Virus record (IMG/VR): IMGVR_UViG_3300034283_001913
Span: 18,604-82,603 of that record
Source: a virus
Reading direction: 5' to 3' (one strand)
Length of the DNA stretch: 64,000 nucleotides
Position 1 is the stretch's first letter; each line of letters starts with the position of its first letter. The notes under the pieces are model-generated. The model was not told where the DNA came from. It was given only the letters and a program-made list of their open reading frames with translations, and ran no database searches. The translations under genes were made by a program, and so were the position numbers. Below, one piece after another: positions 54,001-62,133 of the stretch.

Positions 54001-56041
54001 TCTAGAGGTTCTCCGTACTAAGAAGCTATCCGCTATAGCAGGCGATGTTGGTGAAGATAACTTCCCTATTCTTCAGCTTATGATAGAACGTTTTAAAAAC
54101 TTCTTCCGTAAAGCTAAAGATGAAAAAGGTGAGGGTTACGCTTGGGAAGACGATGCTATGCTTGTTCGTGCAGACATGTTTGATAATGAGGTAGCTAGTG
54201 TACCTATCACAGGTCTTTACGATTTGGATATCAACGACGTGTCTCCGGATGTAAACCAATCTCTGATGCGTTACATGTTCTCAGCAGAGCGTCAGAAGAA
54301 GCTTATTGAAATTAATCCTGTAGCTAGAGCTTTACAATCTACTCTTAACAACCCGGATAACTTTGCTAAAGAGATGAACAAGATCAACAAGTTCAACTTT
54401 ATGCATAGAGGGATCATGACTTACTTAAATAAGAAGGGTAAATATGTAAGGCAGTATGCGGTTAATAATTTTATAGAAAGAGAGTTTGAGGGTATTACAG
54501 ATGTGGGTTGGACAGCGGGTATGCCTTTCTTACAGAATGTTACAAAGATGATGCTTAGCAGAAGCTCTCTTGCTTTCTTCGCCCTTAATTTTCCTAGCGC
54601 TATAAAAAACGTTTTAGGTGCTAAATACCAAGGCATGATTATGTCTGCAGGAGGTATAGATATAGATCCTATTTCTATGGCTAAAGGAGAAGGCTGGGCA
54701 TTTAATACAATGTCTCAGGTTTCCTTTAATACTTATGCTCGCGGACCTAAGCCTTTGAATATGCAAATAGCAGATTCATTTGATGCTATTCGCGGTAGAG
54801 CAGAAACTAAGCTCCCTGAATCTTTATCTCGTACTTTCTTGCATGATGTAGCTAACTTCAGCTATCTGACCAATTTTAGAAAGTGGACAGAAGATGAAGC
54901 TGCACTGCAGCTCTTTGCCGGCATGATGTATAAAAAGAAGATTACACGTGATGGTAAAGAGATTAATTATATGGAAGCTTGGGAACAGGTGGACGGTCAA
55001 CTTAAACTTAAAGATGGTATAGATGTTCGTTATAGTAACATGCCTACTAACTATACACTAGAGGATGGCGATACACTAGAATCTCTTGCCAAGAAGTTTA
55101 ATATGACTAAAGAGGATCTCCAACAATCTATCAAAGGCCAGTCTTTTAAAACCGGAAAAGAAATTAAGATTGACAATCTGCTTTATAAGGCTTTCCGTAA
55201 TAGGTTCCATACAGTACAGATGAACCTTAACGGTGCCTATGATAAGTTTGATCAACCGGAAGCAGCGCGCTATCTGGCTTATAGAATGATTGCCTTTCTT
55301 AAGCGTTACTTTACCCCGATGTTTATTAATCGTTGGGCCTTTAGTGGAAACATGTTTGGGCCTAAGCGAGGTAGATACAATCCCGGTTTAGGCGATATGC
55401 AAGAGGGTTACTATGTTACAACTCTTAAGATGCTCTCTCGTACTTTTAAATACGGTACAGAGAACTGGGCTCACATGACTCCGGAAGAGCATGCTGCTTG
55501 GAAGAAAACCGTAGTAGAGATAATTGGTCTATTGGCTATTCTTAGTGTCCTAGTTCCAATGTTAGGATTTGATCCTACAGATCCAGATAGATATGAAAAG
55601 ATGCGTCAGCGTAGCGGTAACTTGCCTTTCTTTGGTCTTTCTCCTGAAGATCCCGAGCATCCTTGGAATGCTGGAGGATGGCTTACCAACCATGCTATTC
55701 TTATGGCCCTTCAGGTTAGAGCAGAAAACGAAGCGTTTGTACCATACCCTGGATTTGGTTTAGATAACTATTATGAGACTTTCACTGATGCAAGCTCTTT
55801 AAGTTTCGGCGCTACGTTGAAGACTTATAAAGAGATGATTGAGCTTGCTTATATGGAAGCTACCGGTAATCAGTATGCTAGATATCAGAAAGACTCCGGC
55901 CCATACGAGTGGCAAAAAGAAGGAGGCTCTAAGCTTTGGACAAGTTTCTGGAAGTCTGTCGGATTTACCGGTGGTACATTAGACCCTATAACAGCTACCA
56001 AAAACAATCCAACCTTGGCAAGTTCAAGTAGTTCACAATAA
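48077..56041 (+). CDS. Giant virion cargo protein with two zincin domains, a LysM-like insert and a C-terminal hydrophobic helix
   Basis: 2654 aa; HEFGH (48476), HEFSH (50735), YTLEDGDTLESLAKKFNMT (55052), IIGLLAILSVLVPMLG. Confidence 0.65.
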   Translation: MQACPIGPEWDLLVKEVGPFQAYRDYLQTGGEIRTPSEVKSKLQSEGVLTSIYPAHQYQLERTQNSIPPADLNALKKLAETLTAKFPGYAYKIENLPNENFKGVLVPSTDPRAVGGKPTIIINGAKASKDTPLHEFGHVLLNMVKAENTRLYFGLLNKMFDSYTEEVRPGEKVTKYRVKAKYKEEFAIIEALYPIPEGLNDKQREAAEVYQIEELMVEMMGRFAAEFYDDNGEFKDDHVSRDKTLQSLSKALRKIWETIKNMLLGGVQNIDAINISPDASLDDLAIILANPNIAVKSGELSPAKPEIEKINNKILELTSLYNQMDSNDVKLVQLGENFFYLTTAQEEALKKVQEALLWYRNYVDAGIAPNMTTPKIETGLKYVYQKIKEKKTLLGRPLTFEEYEQILDEPRLRYVKIILQTFFNNHARFRLYNNFATSTEGSIRSAIASFVSDLNERMLGNRRGYDPNTYGVSPDAQLGNILKDPGHFLRPLFVAQMAPVGGQLFSYTTRKTPQYRTSNYDNLSDAIFDEVAKLEENKRNTKAYREATFTLKYIDPATGQETTEDIDVDGTLQPNGLIKTNFRSDKFSFGDAEWIVPATEDNVKARSIVSYNYNRYGVVEVSNGKALILPGDGITGTRYKDWYKAIKNKDYAKASEIANNHGVLRDIQDLKAVIDMPNRVLEVMGRVIDTVSSLFADADYAGIEFTPASGSSSIRDSGEERERIYNLMFARTFGRYSTVKVGDRGHSMIVPTWYRSSLNVNQPVFQLDRTPDSIQEFAESTDTSLATVAIEPMRASISVTPETTSNTKGISGLKALLRNLANKLYAKALANQFMVGQNAIKYEFIDAAEAAEITKNKTNPWNGEKAFFIGDTVYFVGDRVTMGDMFHEFSHPFVRSLYYQNREMFNKIYRDLLKTPEGLALYRQMKIDYPELSETDPLFAEEMIVRTLTAASGMEQRGEAKSDSFASVLKDLMFALRQMLRQFFGKSINASKLTPNTNIVDLVNMLKEGQVFEIADEALEDIDTVAYIRDTNQYVTDLLRISKPELIGLTVRAHDIALKQIDAVSRNRNYEEIASLLADEFKRGDLQEMKRNLSKFAKPLEDKLRQKRDEVEYNKAHATAMVNTFFRLQNMTDKIRGHMLELSKDKDNIDNMHKAVYYNYLLDYWSKYIAEVIKTMNEAGVPTSNPLYSLVTSIDGNIKGTQKYTKDIYERGSRDVIYSQLMPMAENIDKRYKGIIQRLKDRNASPKLIDSWMVEYTGLTQVENDERDTLQSLKDQGKSTFEQNKRLAALDKKSLDGAQITEQKIEKALKGELKDGNVFNAFFEGYMYSADPVVGGFALYVKNQMSDVMNKAMGKFNDYARDMAPLLKAAGYSGANVNALIERVARVEKIGRINEKGEWEERDVWTLKSAHKNWRIDLDRARYKVDEAHKEYSQHNTDETYKALIQAIADRKKLLRDYFHQEYQAKVYARDYMLEQGYRVVTINGKQVDVGLEAAYLKDRLFELMGEITNSNTSQLDELQTSDKMDDLWRQYHQLFSLVDANGKMKTGLDKEIAVLLKEYREASKDPDTGESYFEWKPRTGLFENSMAQFEQELAQRFAPGSPAYEREFSRWVRKNSRVAIKKEYFDEIRSIMADIESIMSKLPDSTKKKYAISETYSKIMDLVAGNRDDDGQPNGMNFTQKGIEFIKQQQELLNEMMKGFANLSGLNEDEASRYSYYWDQINNKVPLSAAEQSDFNNLRNKSDNTGLSKLQKEKLFASFAKLDGLRKKEATTYYCLIMNNQLSKLDTAQMMRIMNTNNITSESADLILQGNVINSLLGQSAEFDAWFYANHIQKEVYDQELGAKKPVWQRIYVWNVTRPVNEDFYEKTVVTRADGRSYTIKGLPAMKYYSRVVKPQYRTERIIGNTVDNQGNFLPRLDIPNSPYIDQDYLNMQSTDPKHYAILEKMKEHHLRNQEGLSYRSRLYLDIPRYRKNALEVLRTKKLSAIAGDVGEDNFPILQLMIERFKNFFRKAKDEKGEGYAWEDDAMLVRADMFDNEVASVPITGLYDLDINDVSPDVNQSLMRYMFSAERQKKLIEINPVARALQSTLNNPDNFAKEMNKINKFNFMHRGIMTYLNKKGKYVRQYAVNNFIEREFEGITDVGWTAGMPFLQNVTKMMLSRSSLAFFALNFPSAIKNVLGAKYQGMIMSAGGIDIDPISMAKGEGWAFNTMSQVSFNTYARGPKPLNMQIADSFDAIRGRAETKLPESLSRTFLHDVANFSYLTNFRKWTEDEAALQLFAGMMYKKKITRDGKEINYMEAWEQVDGQLKLKDGIDVRYSNMPTNYTLEDGDTLESLAKKFNMTKEDLQQSIKGQSFKTGKEIKIDNLLYKAFRNRFHTVQMNLNGAYDKFDQPEAARYLAYRMIAFLKRYFTPMFINRWAFSGNMFGPKRGRYNPGLGDMQEGYYVTTLKMLSRTFKYGTENWAHMTPEEHAAWKKTVVEIIGLLAILSVLVPMLGFDPTDPDRYEKMRQRSGNLPFFGLSPEDPEHPWNAGGWLTNHAILMALQVRAENEAFVPYPGFGLDNYYETFTDASSLSFGATLKTYKEMIELAYMEATGNQYARYQKDSGPYEWQKEGGSKLWTSFWKSVGFTGGTLDPITATKNNPTLASSSSSQ

Positions 56042-56061
56042 ACTCTGTGTCAGAACGACTA

Positions 56062-56100
56062 GGAAAAAAAAGGGGGAGCTAAGCTCCCCTTCTTTTATTT
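56062..56100. terminator. Bidirectional intrinsic terminator between convergent modules
   Basis: A-run, GGGGAGC-TAA-GCTCCCC, then T-rich run; flanked by convergent genes. Confidence 0.85.
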
Positions 56101-56478
56101 CATAAGAATAAACTCGATATCTGGTGGTGTGTATCCGGGTCCCTTCATGATCTTTCCGTCTTCTCGTCTAACCGGTTTACCATCCATTCCCATCTTGCTC
56201 ATGTTAGATCTATGGATCTCTGCAAACACTTCTTCTATTTTGTGTTGAAGACCGTGTTTAAGAATAGTACCACACAAGATGTAGAGCTGATCTCCTAGAG
56301 CATCTGCTACCTCGGCAAGATCTCCGTTCCAACAAGCTTCTAGATATTCATCGTTTTCTTCTTTCATAAGCTTGTGCCTTAAGATAAAAGTATCTTCAGG
56401 AGCAAGCGTTGGAGAATGTTCGTTTTCTATCTCAAAAGCATTGTGAAATTGTTCTACTGATTCAAGCTGTTGTTGCAT
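56095..56478 (-). CDS. MazG-like nucleoside triphosphate pyrophosphohydrolase
   Basis: LMKEENDEY...EVADALGD...EIHRSNMSK...GKIMKG. Confidence 0.85.
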   Translation of the reverse strand: MQQQLESVEQFHNAFEIENEHSPTLAPEDTFILRHKLMKEENDEYLEACWNGDLAEVADALGDQLYILCGTILKHGLQHKIEEVFAEIHRSNMSKMGMDGKPVRREDGKIMKGPGYTPPDIEFILMK

Positions 56479-57139
56479 CTTTCTTAAATATAAAGTCTGT
56501 GTCTTCTTCAGATAAGTGGTCTAAGATACCGTTTTCTTTAATATTGCTGCCAAAAAATCCCCAGCAAGAATCTTCTATATCCTCGTGGATATGACCGTGG
56601 TCACACATATTTTTCTTTACAACGGAAAAACCATAGACATCTCCAGTAAGATACTGGTCATAGACTTCTACTTCACCCTCTAATACCTGTGATACTTTTT
56701 CTAAAGTCTCTGGTGAAACGTCTTTGTATTCTTCAAGGATTTTCGATGTAGGACAAAAGATATAACCAACCTGGCCGGAATCCCATCTGCAGCTAAAAGA
56801 TGATGTGCTGATTGTTATGCCACTGTGATCATACAGATATAAAGGTAGACAAACCCAGTCTTCACGAGAATTAAGCCACTCTTGTAGTTTATCTGGATCA
56901 GTGTAGATCTCCTCATAGAGATCCATGTCTTCTATGATACGAGTAATGCCCATATCGTCAGCCATTTCCTGAAGCATTTGCAGGTGACTATCTGCTTGAA
57001 CATCTCCTAAATCGTAGCACCGATGAACACATATCATTGTACCCAGATTATCCCAACTTCTAGGAGACTCTGGAGATTCGTCATAAAAAATCTTAAGTTC
57101 TCTGTTATTTGGGAGAGGATACTTTTCAATTGTTTCCAT
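56462..57139 (-). CDS. Conserved phage/mobile-element hypothetical protein
   Basis: 225 aa; PRSWDNLG, LYLYDHSG, WDSGQVG, DSCWGF motifs; function not recognised. Confidence 0.6.
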   Translation of the reverse strand: METIEKYPLPNNRELKIFYDESPESPRSWDNLGTMICVHRCYDLGDVQADSHLQMLQEMADDMGITRIIEDMDLYEEIYTDPDKLQEWLNSREDWVCLPLYLYDHSGITISTSSFSCRWDSGQVGYIFCPTSKILEEYKDVSPETLEKVSQVLEGEVEVYDQYLTGDVYGFSVVKKNMCDHGHIHEDIEDSCWGFFGSNIKENGILDHLSEEDTDFIFKKDATTA

Positions 57140-57181
57140 TGTTTTTGTGGGTTATTATAGATAAAAAAACAAGCCACAAGT

Positions 57182-57211
57182 GGAAGAGCCACCCTCTAAG
57201 GGTGTTCTTCC
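57182..57211 (-). terminator. Stem-loop, possible terminator or processing site
   Basis: GGAAGAG-C-CACCCT/AGGGTG-TTCTTCC; the T-run on the minus strand is ~12 nt downstream. Confidence 0.4.
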
Positions 57212-57244
57212 TCTCATAGTTTTTATATTTCTCTTTTAAATCTT

Positions 57245-58075
57245 TCACATTTGAATCTGATTATTTGCCTCCTCTTCTGCGATCACATCGTCAATTGTCA
57301 TCTGATATCCACCAGTTACTTCAGGTTGTTTTACCTTAGGTAAAGGCTGTACAGAGGACTCGATATTAAAATGATCACATAAGAAAAAGTGAATAAGCCT
57401 TTGTTGATCCAACCAAGTCTTAGGATGAGACTTTTGTAGAGAATAGATTACGTTGCAATAAAGTGCCCACAAACTATCTTTATCACAGTTATAATCATAA
57501 CTCGGCTTTTTCATCTGGTCTTTAATAATCATAGTCTGCTCGGTATTGAGCAGCCCATGTTCAAAGTATATTACTCCAAGCCCTGCTGCTCTTTCTCTTT
57601 CAGTAAGAAGAACATTCTTCATGTTCTCTTTGTCTTTGAGCAACTGACTATAATACACATTTGCTGATTCAATCTGATGAGTGATTGTTTGTAACGTTTC
57701 TTGATCAGCGGTACCTGTGTGTTTTCTACCCCAGGTTCCCATGTTACCAGAAACTACAATGCTACCTGATTTAGTAAGGTAGCCACCGATAGCACATTTA
57801 AAGCGCATCGATTTATCATACGAATTAGCCCAAGCAAACATCATTCGCATCTCTTGATCATCACCGGCATTTAGGTGTAATACTCCAGATGCTATTTGAC
57901 CATTACTGGACATCTTATAAAGCTCTCGCTCTATTTCTAGATTTGCTTTAGCTAGCTCCGCCTCTACGCTACTCATTACAAAATCATGTGATATGACTGT
58001 GTAACTAGAAGTCGCCATAGGAAGCGGTGCTTGCTTAAGCATTTCTTTTGTTGTAACACCAGCTTTTTTTGGCAT
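57245..58075 (-). CDS. DUF932-like protein
   Basis: YTVISH...ANSYDKS...GGY...RKHTG...SLWALY..V...L pattern. Confidence 0.6.
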   Translation of the reverse strand: MPKKAGVTTKEMLKQAPLPMATSSYTVISHDFVMSSVEAELAKANLEIERELYKMSSNGQIASGVLHLNAGDDQEMRMMFAWANSYDKSMRFKCAIGGYLTKSGSIVVSGNMGTWGRKHTGTADQETLQTITHQIESANVYYSQLLKDKENMKNVLLTERERAAGLGVIYFEHGLLNTEQTMIIKDQMKKPSYDYNCDKDSLWALYCNVIYSLQKSHPKTWLDQQRLIHFFLCDHFNIESSVQPLPKVKQPEVTGGYQMTIDDVIAEEEANNQIQM

Positions 58076-59988
58076 TATTCAAAAAGATTAAGTTGTTGTG
58101 ATTTTTTAGGAACTACGCTTGCTATCTCTCGATAGATATACTCTAGATAATAATCGTCATTCACATCATACTCTTCCCACTTCTTCTTGACGTTTTTATT
58201 AAATACAGTCTGCATCCATGGACCAGCCTCTAATTGTATTTGTCTACCGTCAGACTTGTGTACCTTAATGATCTTACATCCTCCGTTGGATACATAATAT
58301 CGGATAGTGTTTTGCAAATCTTCATAAGTAACCTCACCGTTCTTCACACATGTTTGCTTAAACCCCCAGTCACCCTTGATCTTTACGCCGGCGCAATAAT
58401 CAAAGATGTTTCTGTTTTCTAAAAGATATCTTTCCGGAGGGACGTTGTTTACGAAATAGTTAAAGACTGCTTTGCGTATAATGAGCTGGCTCTTGTTTTT
58501 ATGCAAGGCTAGTCCCTCAAACTCAAATCTGCCTTTACACTTCGTCTTCCCATTCTTGTACACGGCAATATAATTATTCACATCCGCCAATATGAGTTTC
58601 TTATACTGATCATGTTCAAGTTGAAGCTTAGTTATCCTCTCCCATTCTGCACAAATCTCCATGTACTTTTCCTCAGCTCCTGCAGGTATCATCATCTCCA
58701 AACCATCTGTATTCTGCATTAGCGGGATTGATCCAGGTATACCTTCTGACAGCATCTCATACAACATCGTCAATAGCATTTGCCCATTAATAGTGATCTG
58801 CATCCCGAACTGCGGATCATATAAAAACGAGTTAGGCTCTATTGACAAACCATATGTTGCATTGAGTATAATCTTATAAACATAGTTCTTGGGATCTTTT
58901 TTAGGTATCTTTTTTCTTTCCTCAAAGAACCATTCATACAATCTACAGAACTCTTCCTTAGGTAAGTGTGCCGGCGACCAACCATTTCTGATAGCCAGAT
59001 TAGGATAGAAACTTGTCACATCTGAAGTCATGATTATCATATCTTCAGTAGACTCATATACCCCACTATTAGCGGCACCATGCAAACCACCTAAGCCATA
59101 TTCTGTTTTAACACCTTTATGCATTGCTACATATTTGAAAGCTCCTTTTATACTTGAAGGATTAATCGTAAGATTACGATAAGCTTCTTGTAGCTTTTTA
59201 AACTCTGGTGTTTTAAAGTCGATGTAAGGCAAGAGGATATCCTTTACTACAATCCTATCCCTACGCGTCCTCATTTGCTTTAACTCATACTTCGGTATGC
59301 CAGTACTTTTACTCAAAAACAATAAGAATAGCTCTTTTGAAATCCGTGGTTCTGATGCACTATACAGGGTGATATTATATTCGCCTGTAAGAGTCGCCCG
59401 CAGATTTATCTGTTCAGAGCTGAGTCGCATAATCTCCTTAGTACTCCTCACGTCATTTATACAATAATCGATCACCGTGTTTATTTGTTTAACAGAGGTG
59501 ATCGCTGTACTATGATGTATAGGCATCTCCTGAATATTGTCCCAGTCTACACTATACTGAATCCACTTCAGAGAGGATCTTTTGGCCGGATTGTCCCAGT
59601 GATTTAGCTTGAATACATCTACCTGTTTTATCTTCAAATCTCTCTCGCTAAACTCTGGAAACTCTCCTCGGTCCTGCCTGGATATGATATCCTGAGCTCT
59701 CTGATACAGAGCTGCAGCTACATCGTGAGCGCTAGATTCTAATAAGATATCCTTTTCTCTTAGGATGTACTCAGTAATCTGCGCGTCAAAGGCTAGACCA
59801 TTAAAGGAAATGTGCCACTCCTTGTTCTTACTATTCTTCTCCAAAAAAGCTATAAGCTCTTTGAGATGATTTATTTTCTCATGTACTATGAAGATCCTTC
59901 TTTCTGTATTTTGATAGTGTTCAAACACCGCAATAAAGCAGTTGCTTAAGGTCTCATAGTCCATGACCCAATGACTAGTCATGCTCAT
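58075..59988 (-). CDS. polB: Family B DNA polymerase with 3'-5' exonuclease
   Basis: ExoI DYET, ExoII FNGLAFD, ExoIII YCINDV; motif A DVTSFYP, motif B KIILNATYG, motif C NTDG; KCKG. Confidence 0.92.
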   Translation of the reverse strand: MSMTSHWVMDYETLSNCFIAVFEHYQNTERRIFIVHEKINHLKELIAFLEKNSKNKEWHISFNGLAFDAQITEYILREKDILLESSAHDVAAALYQRAQDIISRQDRGEFPEFSERDLKIKQVDVFKLNHWDNPAKRSSLKWIQYSVDWDNIQEMPIHHSTAITSVKQINTVIDYCINDVRSTKEIMRLSSEQINLRATLTGEYNITLYSASEPRISKELFLLFLSKSTGIPKYELKQMRTRRDRIVVKDILLPYIDFKTPEFKKLQEAYRNLTINPSSIKGAFKYVAMHKGVKTEYGLGGLHGAANSGVYESTEDMIIMTSDVTSFYPNLAIRNGWSPAHLPKEEFCRLYEWFFEERKKIPKKDPKNYVYKIILNATYGLSIEPNSFLYDPQFGMQITINGQMLLTMLYEMLSEGIPGSIPLMQNTDGLEMMIPAGAEEKYMEICAEWERITKLQLEHDQYKKLILADVNNYIAVYKNGKTKCKGRFEFEGLALHKNKSQLIIRKAVFNYFVNNVPPERYLLENRNIFDYCAGVKIKGDWGFKQTCVKNGEVTYEDLQNTIRYYVSNGGCKIIKVHKSDGRQIQLEAGPWMQTVFNKNVKKKWEEYDVNDDYYLEYIYREIASVVPKKSQQLNLFE

Positions 59989-60026
59989 AGCGTAATTGTT
60001 CGGTTAAGCCGTTCCCCCTGAGATAG

Positions 60027-60052
60027 AAAAAGCACGGTCATCCCGTGCTTTT
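60027..60052 (-). terminator. Intrinsic terminator
   Basis: AAAAGCACGG-TCATC-CCGTGCTTTT. Confidence 0.7.
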
Positions 60053-60071
60053 CCATGATTACTAAATTATA

Positions 60072-60521
60072 TTATCGGCCTACAATTTCAATAGCCGGCT
60101 TTTCTGGCGTCATGATTGGGCCAGTAGATGCCATATAAGACTTATAATCAAAGTCTTCAGCATTGTGAGCAAACATATTGATAATTGCTTCAATCTCTTT
60201 TGTCTCTGTAATATAGTGTTCTTGAAATGTCTCCAGTGACCGACGCTCTTCTGGGTATGGTTTACCGTTAGCGCGAGGTCTTTTCAATTTTTGTGGATCA
60301 CCTTGCTCATCAAGCTTTGCCAACATGTGGAAGCTCTCTTTAGTATTCTTACTTACCAGAACAAGTACTTTGTCTGACGGATCATAAATACCTTCTGAGT
60401 ATGGGCAATCTGTTGTAATAGGCATGAGACGGAACGTCTTACGCTCCATCCATGAAGATGTGATTAACATCATTGATTTCTGTGACATGGTTGTAATAGT
60501 TGGTTTCGACAAATTAAACAC
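60072..60521 (-). CDS. Hypothetical protein
   Basis: ORF in the replication operon; true start may be the downstream ATG (MSQKSM). Confidence 0.55.
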   Translation of the reverse strand: MFNLSKPTITTMSQKSMMLITSSWMERKTFRLMPITTDCPYSEGIYDPSDKVLVLVSKNTKESFHMLAKLDEQGDPQKLKRPRANGKPYPEERRSLETFQEHYITETKEIEAIINMFAHNAEDFDYKSYMASTGPIMTPEKPAIEIVGR

Positions 60522-61098
60522 TTTTAGGATTGATATGCAAATCTTTTACTGTTGCGATTAGGAGCTCCTGCTCCATATCAGGTTTAGAGCATAGCTCTCC
60601 TACCTCTCTTAAAATACCAAGCATCTTCCCTTCATCTTCTCTCTGAGTTGTAAGCAACTCCGCATATAACTTGAAGTATCTTTCGGGATAAAGAAAGCTG
60701 TCTATGTAACCTAGATTAGCACTACCAAAGAAAGCCCGGATCTTTTTCTTAAGATCCGGACTAAGCTTTGAATATTTTCCTTTAAGGAAATTGTCCCAGT
60801 CGTGTCGATGTTTGCTAAAATCAAAAACATACACCCCCTTGTCGTCATCTGTCATTTTGAAATCATAGAATAATGGGTGACCCATCAGTCTCTGTTTCTC
60901 GAATAGCCTAAATTCTTCATCCTTACGAAGGTGATAAACACATATAAGTTTCTCAGATTGGAAACTATACTGTTCTTTCCACCCTATATAAGTCTGAATA
61001 GGCGTGACGCTTACACCACGTTTTATGTCCAGCATGGGATACAAAAATATCCTGCTCTTCTGGACATAATCCTTATACAAGGAATCTAGTTTAGACAT
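60514..61098 (-). CDS. Hypothetical protein (conserved position after the nuclease)
   Basis: 194 aa; FLKGKYSKLS motif. Confidence 0.6.
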   Translation of the reverse strand: MSKLDSLYKDYVQKSRIFLYPMLDIKRGVSVTPIQTYIGWKEQYSFQSEKLICVYHLRKDEEFRLFEKQRLMGHPLFYDFKMTDDDKGVYVFDFSKHRHDWDNFLKGKYSKLSPDLKKKIRAFFGSANLGYIDSFLYPERYFKLYAELLTTQREDEGKMLGILREVGELCSKPDMEQELLIATVKDLHINPKSV

Positions 61099-61107
61099 AA
61101 AGGATTG

Positions 61108-62133
61108 TTAAAGAAGTACTTTACCTTGAGCGAGTTTGTATGGTAAATCGTAGCGTCTCTCGGAATAATGCCACTCAGCAAGTTTAAGATACTCTTTGAG
61201 ATCTTCTTCCCACTTCTGCATGGTTTCCTTAGATACTTCATAGCAATAGATCTGTTTGTATTTATCTACTACTATAAAGCTAAAGGTTATCTTCCACTCT
61301 TCGGGATCCATGTTATTATTCACAAGAAACTCTTGGACCACCATACGTTTATACAGGACCGCTTGCAGCCATAGCTTGAAGAAGTCTACGGTTTCAGGAA
61401 AATCTGTTAGACATTTACTTGTTGTCTTGAGATCATTTATACGGATTGTCTTGTTCCCAAAATCAACACTTACATTGTCTATGATACCCTTTAGCCCGAA
61501 GCTGTATCCATCCACAGTTTCTGTCTGTATCGGTAGCTCGTTAAACACCTGTACGTTTTCATCTTGGTTATCTATACCAAGAAGCTGAGTGACTTCTGAG
61601 TGCTGTTTGAGTAGCTCTGCGATTTCGTTACAATACTCTAGGGTCGGGATATCTACGATGTCCTTACCTTTTGCAGTAATCAAGAAGGAGAAGTATTCTT
61701 TATTACTTTCAGTGAGCATCTTCTCGAGTCTTTGTTGATCGGTTTTGAGGGACTGATGAAGGTTGATTTCTTTAAGGATATCTAAAATCATATCCCCATA
61801 GTCATCAAGTGTAGCGTTCATATTAACCTCTTGACCTAGAGCGACTTGCTCCGACCAGTGATTAAATATTTGATCTACTACTTTCTTAGGGTTATCACTG
61901 GGCATATTCCCGGGTAACAACACAAACTGTTTGTCAAACGCATCTTTGTCTAATATAAGACAATGGATGAGTTTGCCTTGCAGTGTTGCTGGCGTGGCCT
62001 CCTGCTCTCTTTGTTTAAGGACATAATCCTTATAAAAGAGCTGAGGTGAATAGACTAGCTTGTTTAAGCTGCCGTAACTAAAATAAAATTTGTCTGCGTA
62101 GAACTCTAGTTCTAAAGCGTTGTTATCACTCAT
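61108..62133 (-). CDS. PD-(D/E)XK (RecB/Cas4-like) exonuclease
   Basis: SYGSL, GKLIHCLIL, NELPI, LKGIID, INDLKTT, LQAVLY. Confidence 0.85.
   Translation of the reverse strand: MSDNNALELEFYADKFYFSYGSLNKLVYSPQLFYKDYVLKQREQEATPATLQGKLIHCLILDKDAFDKQFVLLPGNMPSDNPKKVVDQIFNHWSEQVALGQEVNMNATLDDYGDMILDILKEINLHQSLKTDQQRLEKMLTESNKEYFSFLITAKGKDIVDIPTLEYCNEIAELLKQHSEVTQLLGIDNQDENVQVFNELPIQTETVDGYSFGLKGIIDNVSVDFGNKTIRINDLKTTSKCLTDFPETVDFFKLWLQAVLYKRMVVQEFLVNNNMDPEEWKITFSFIVVDKYKQIYCYEVSKETMQKWEEDLKEYLKLAEWHYSERRYDLPYKLAQGKVLL

Noticed and set aside
37536-59988. Inteins or group I introns in the RNA polymerase or PolB
   Set aside because: No C...HN/(C,S,T) splice junctions, homing endonuclease motifs or frame breaks were seen; the near absence of internal Cys also argues against inteins in the RNA polymerase.
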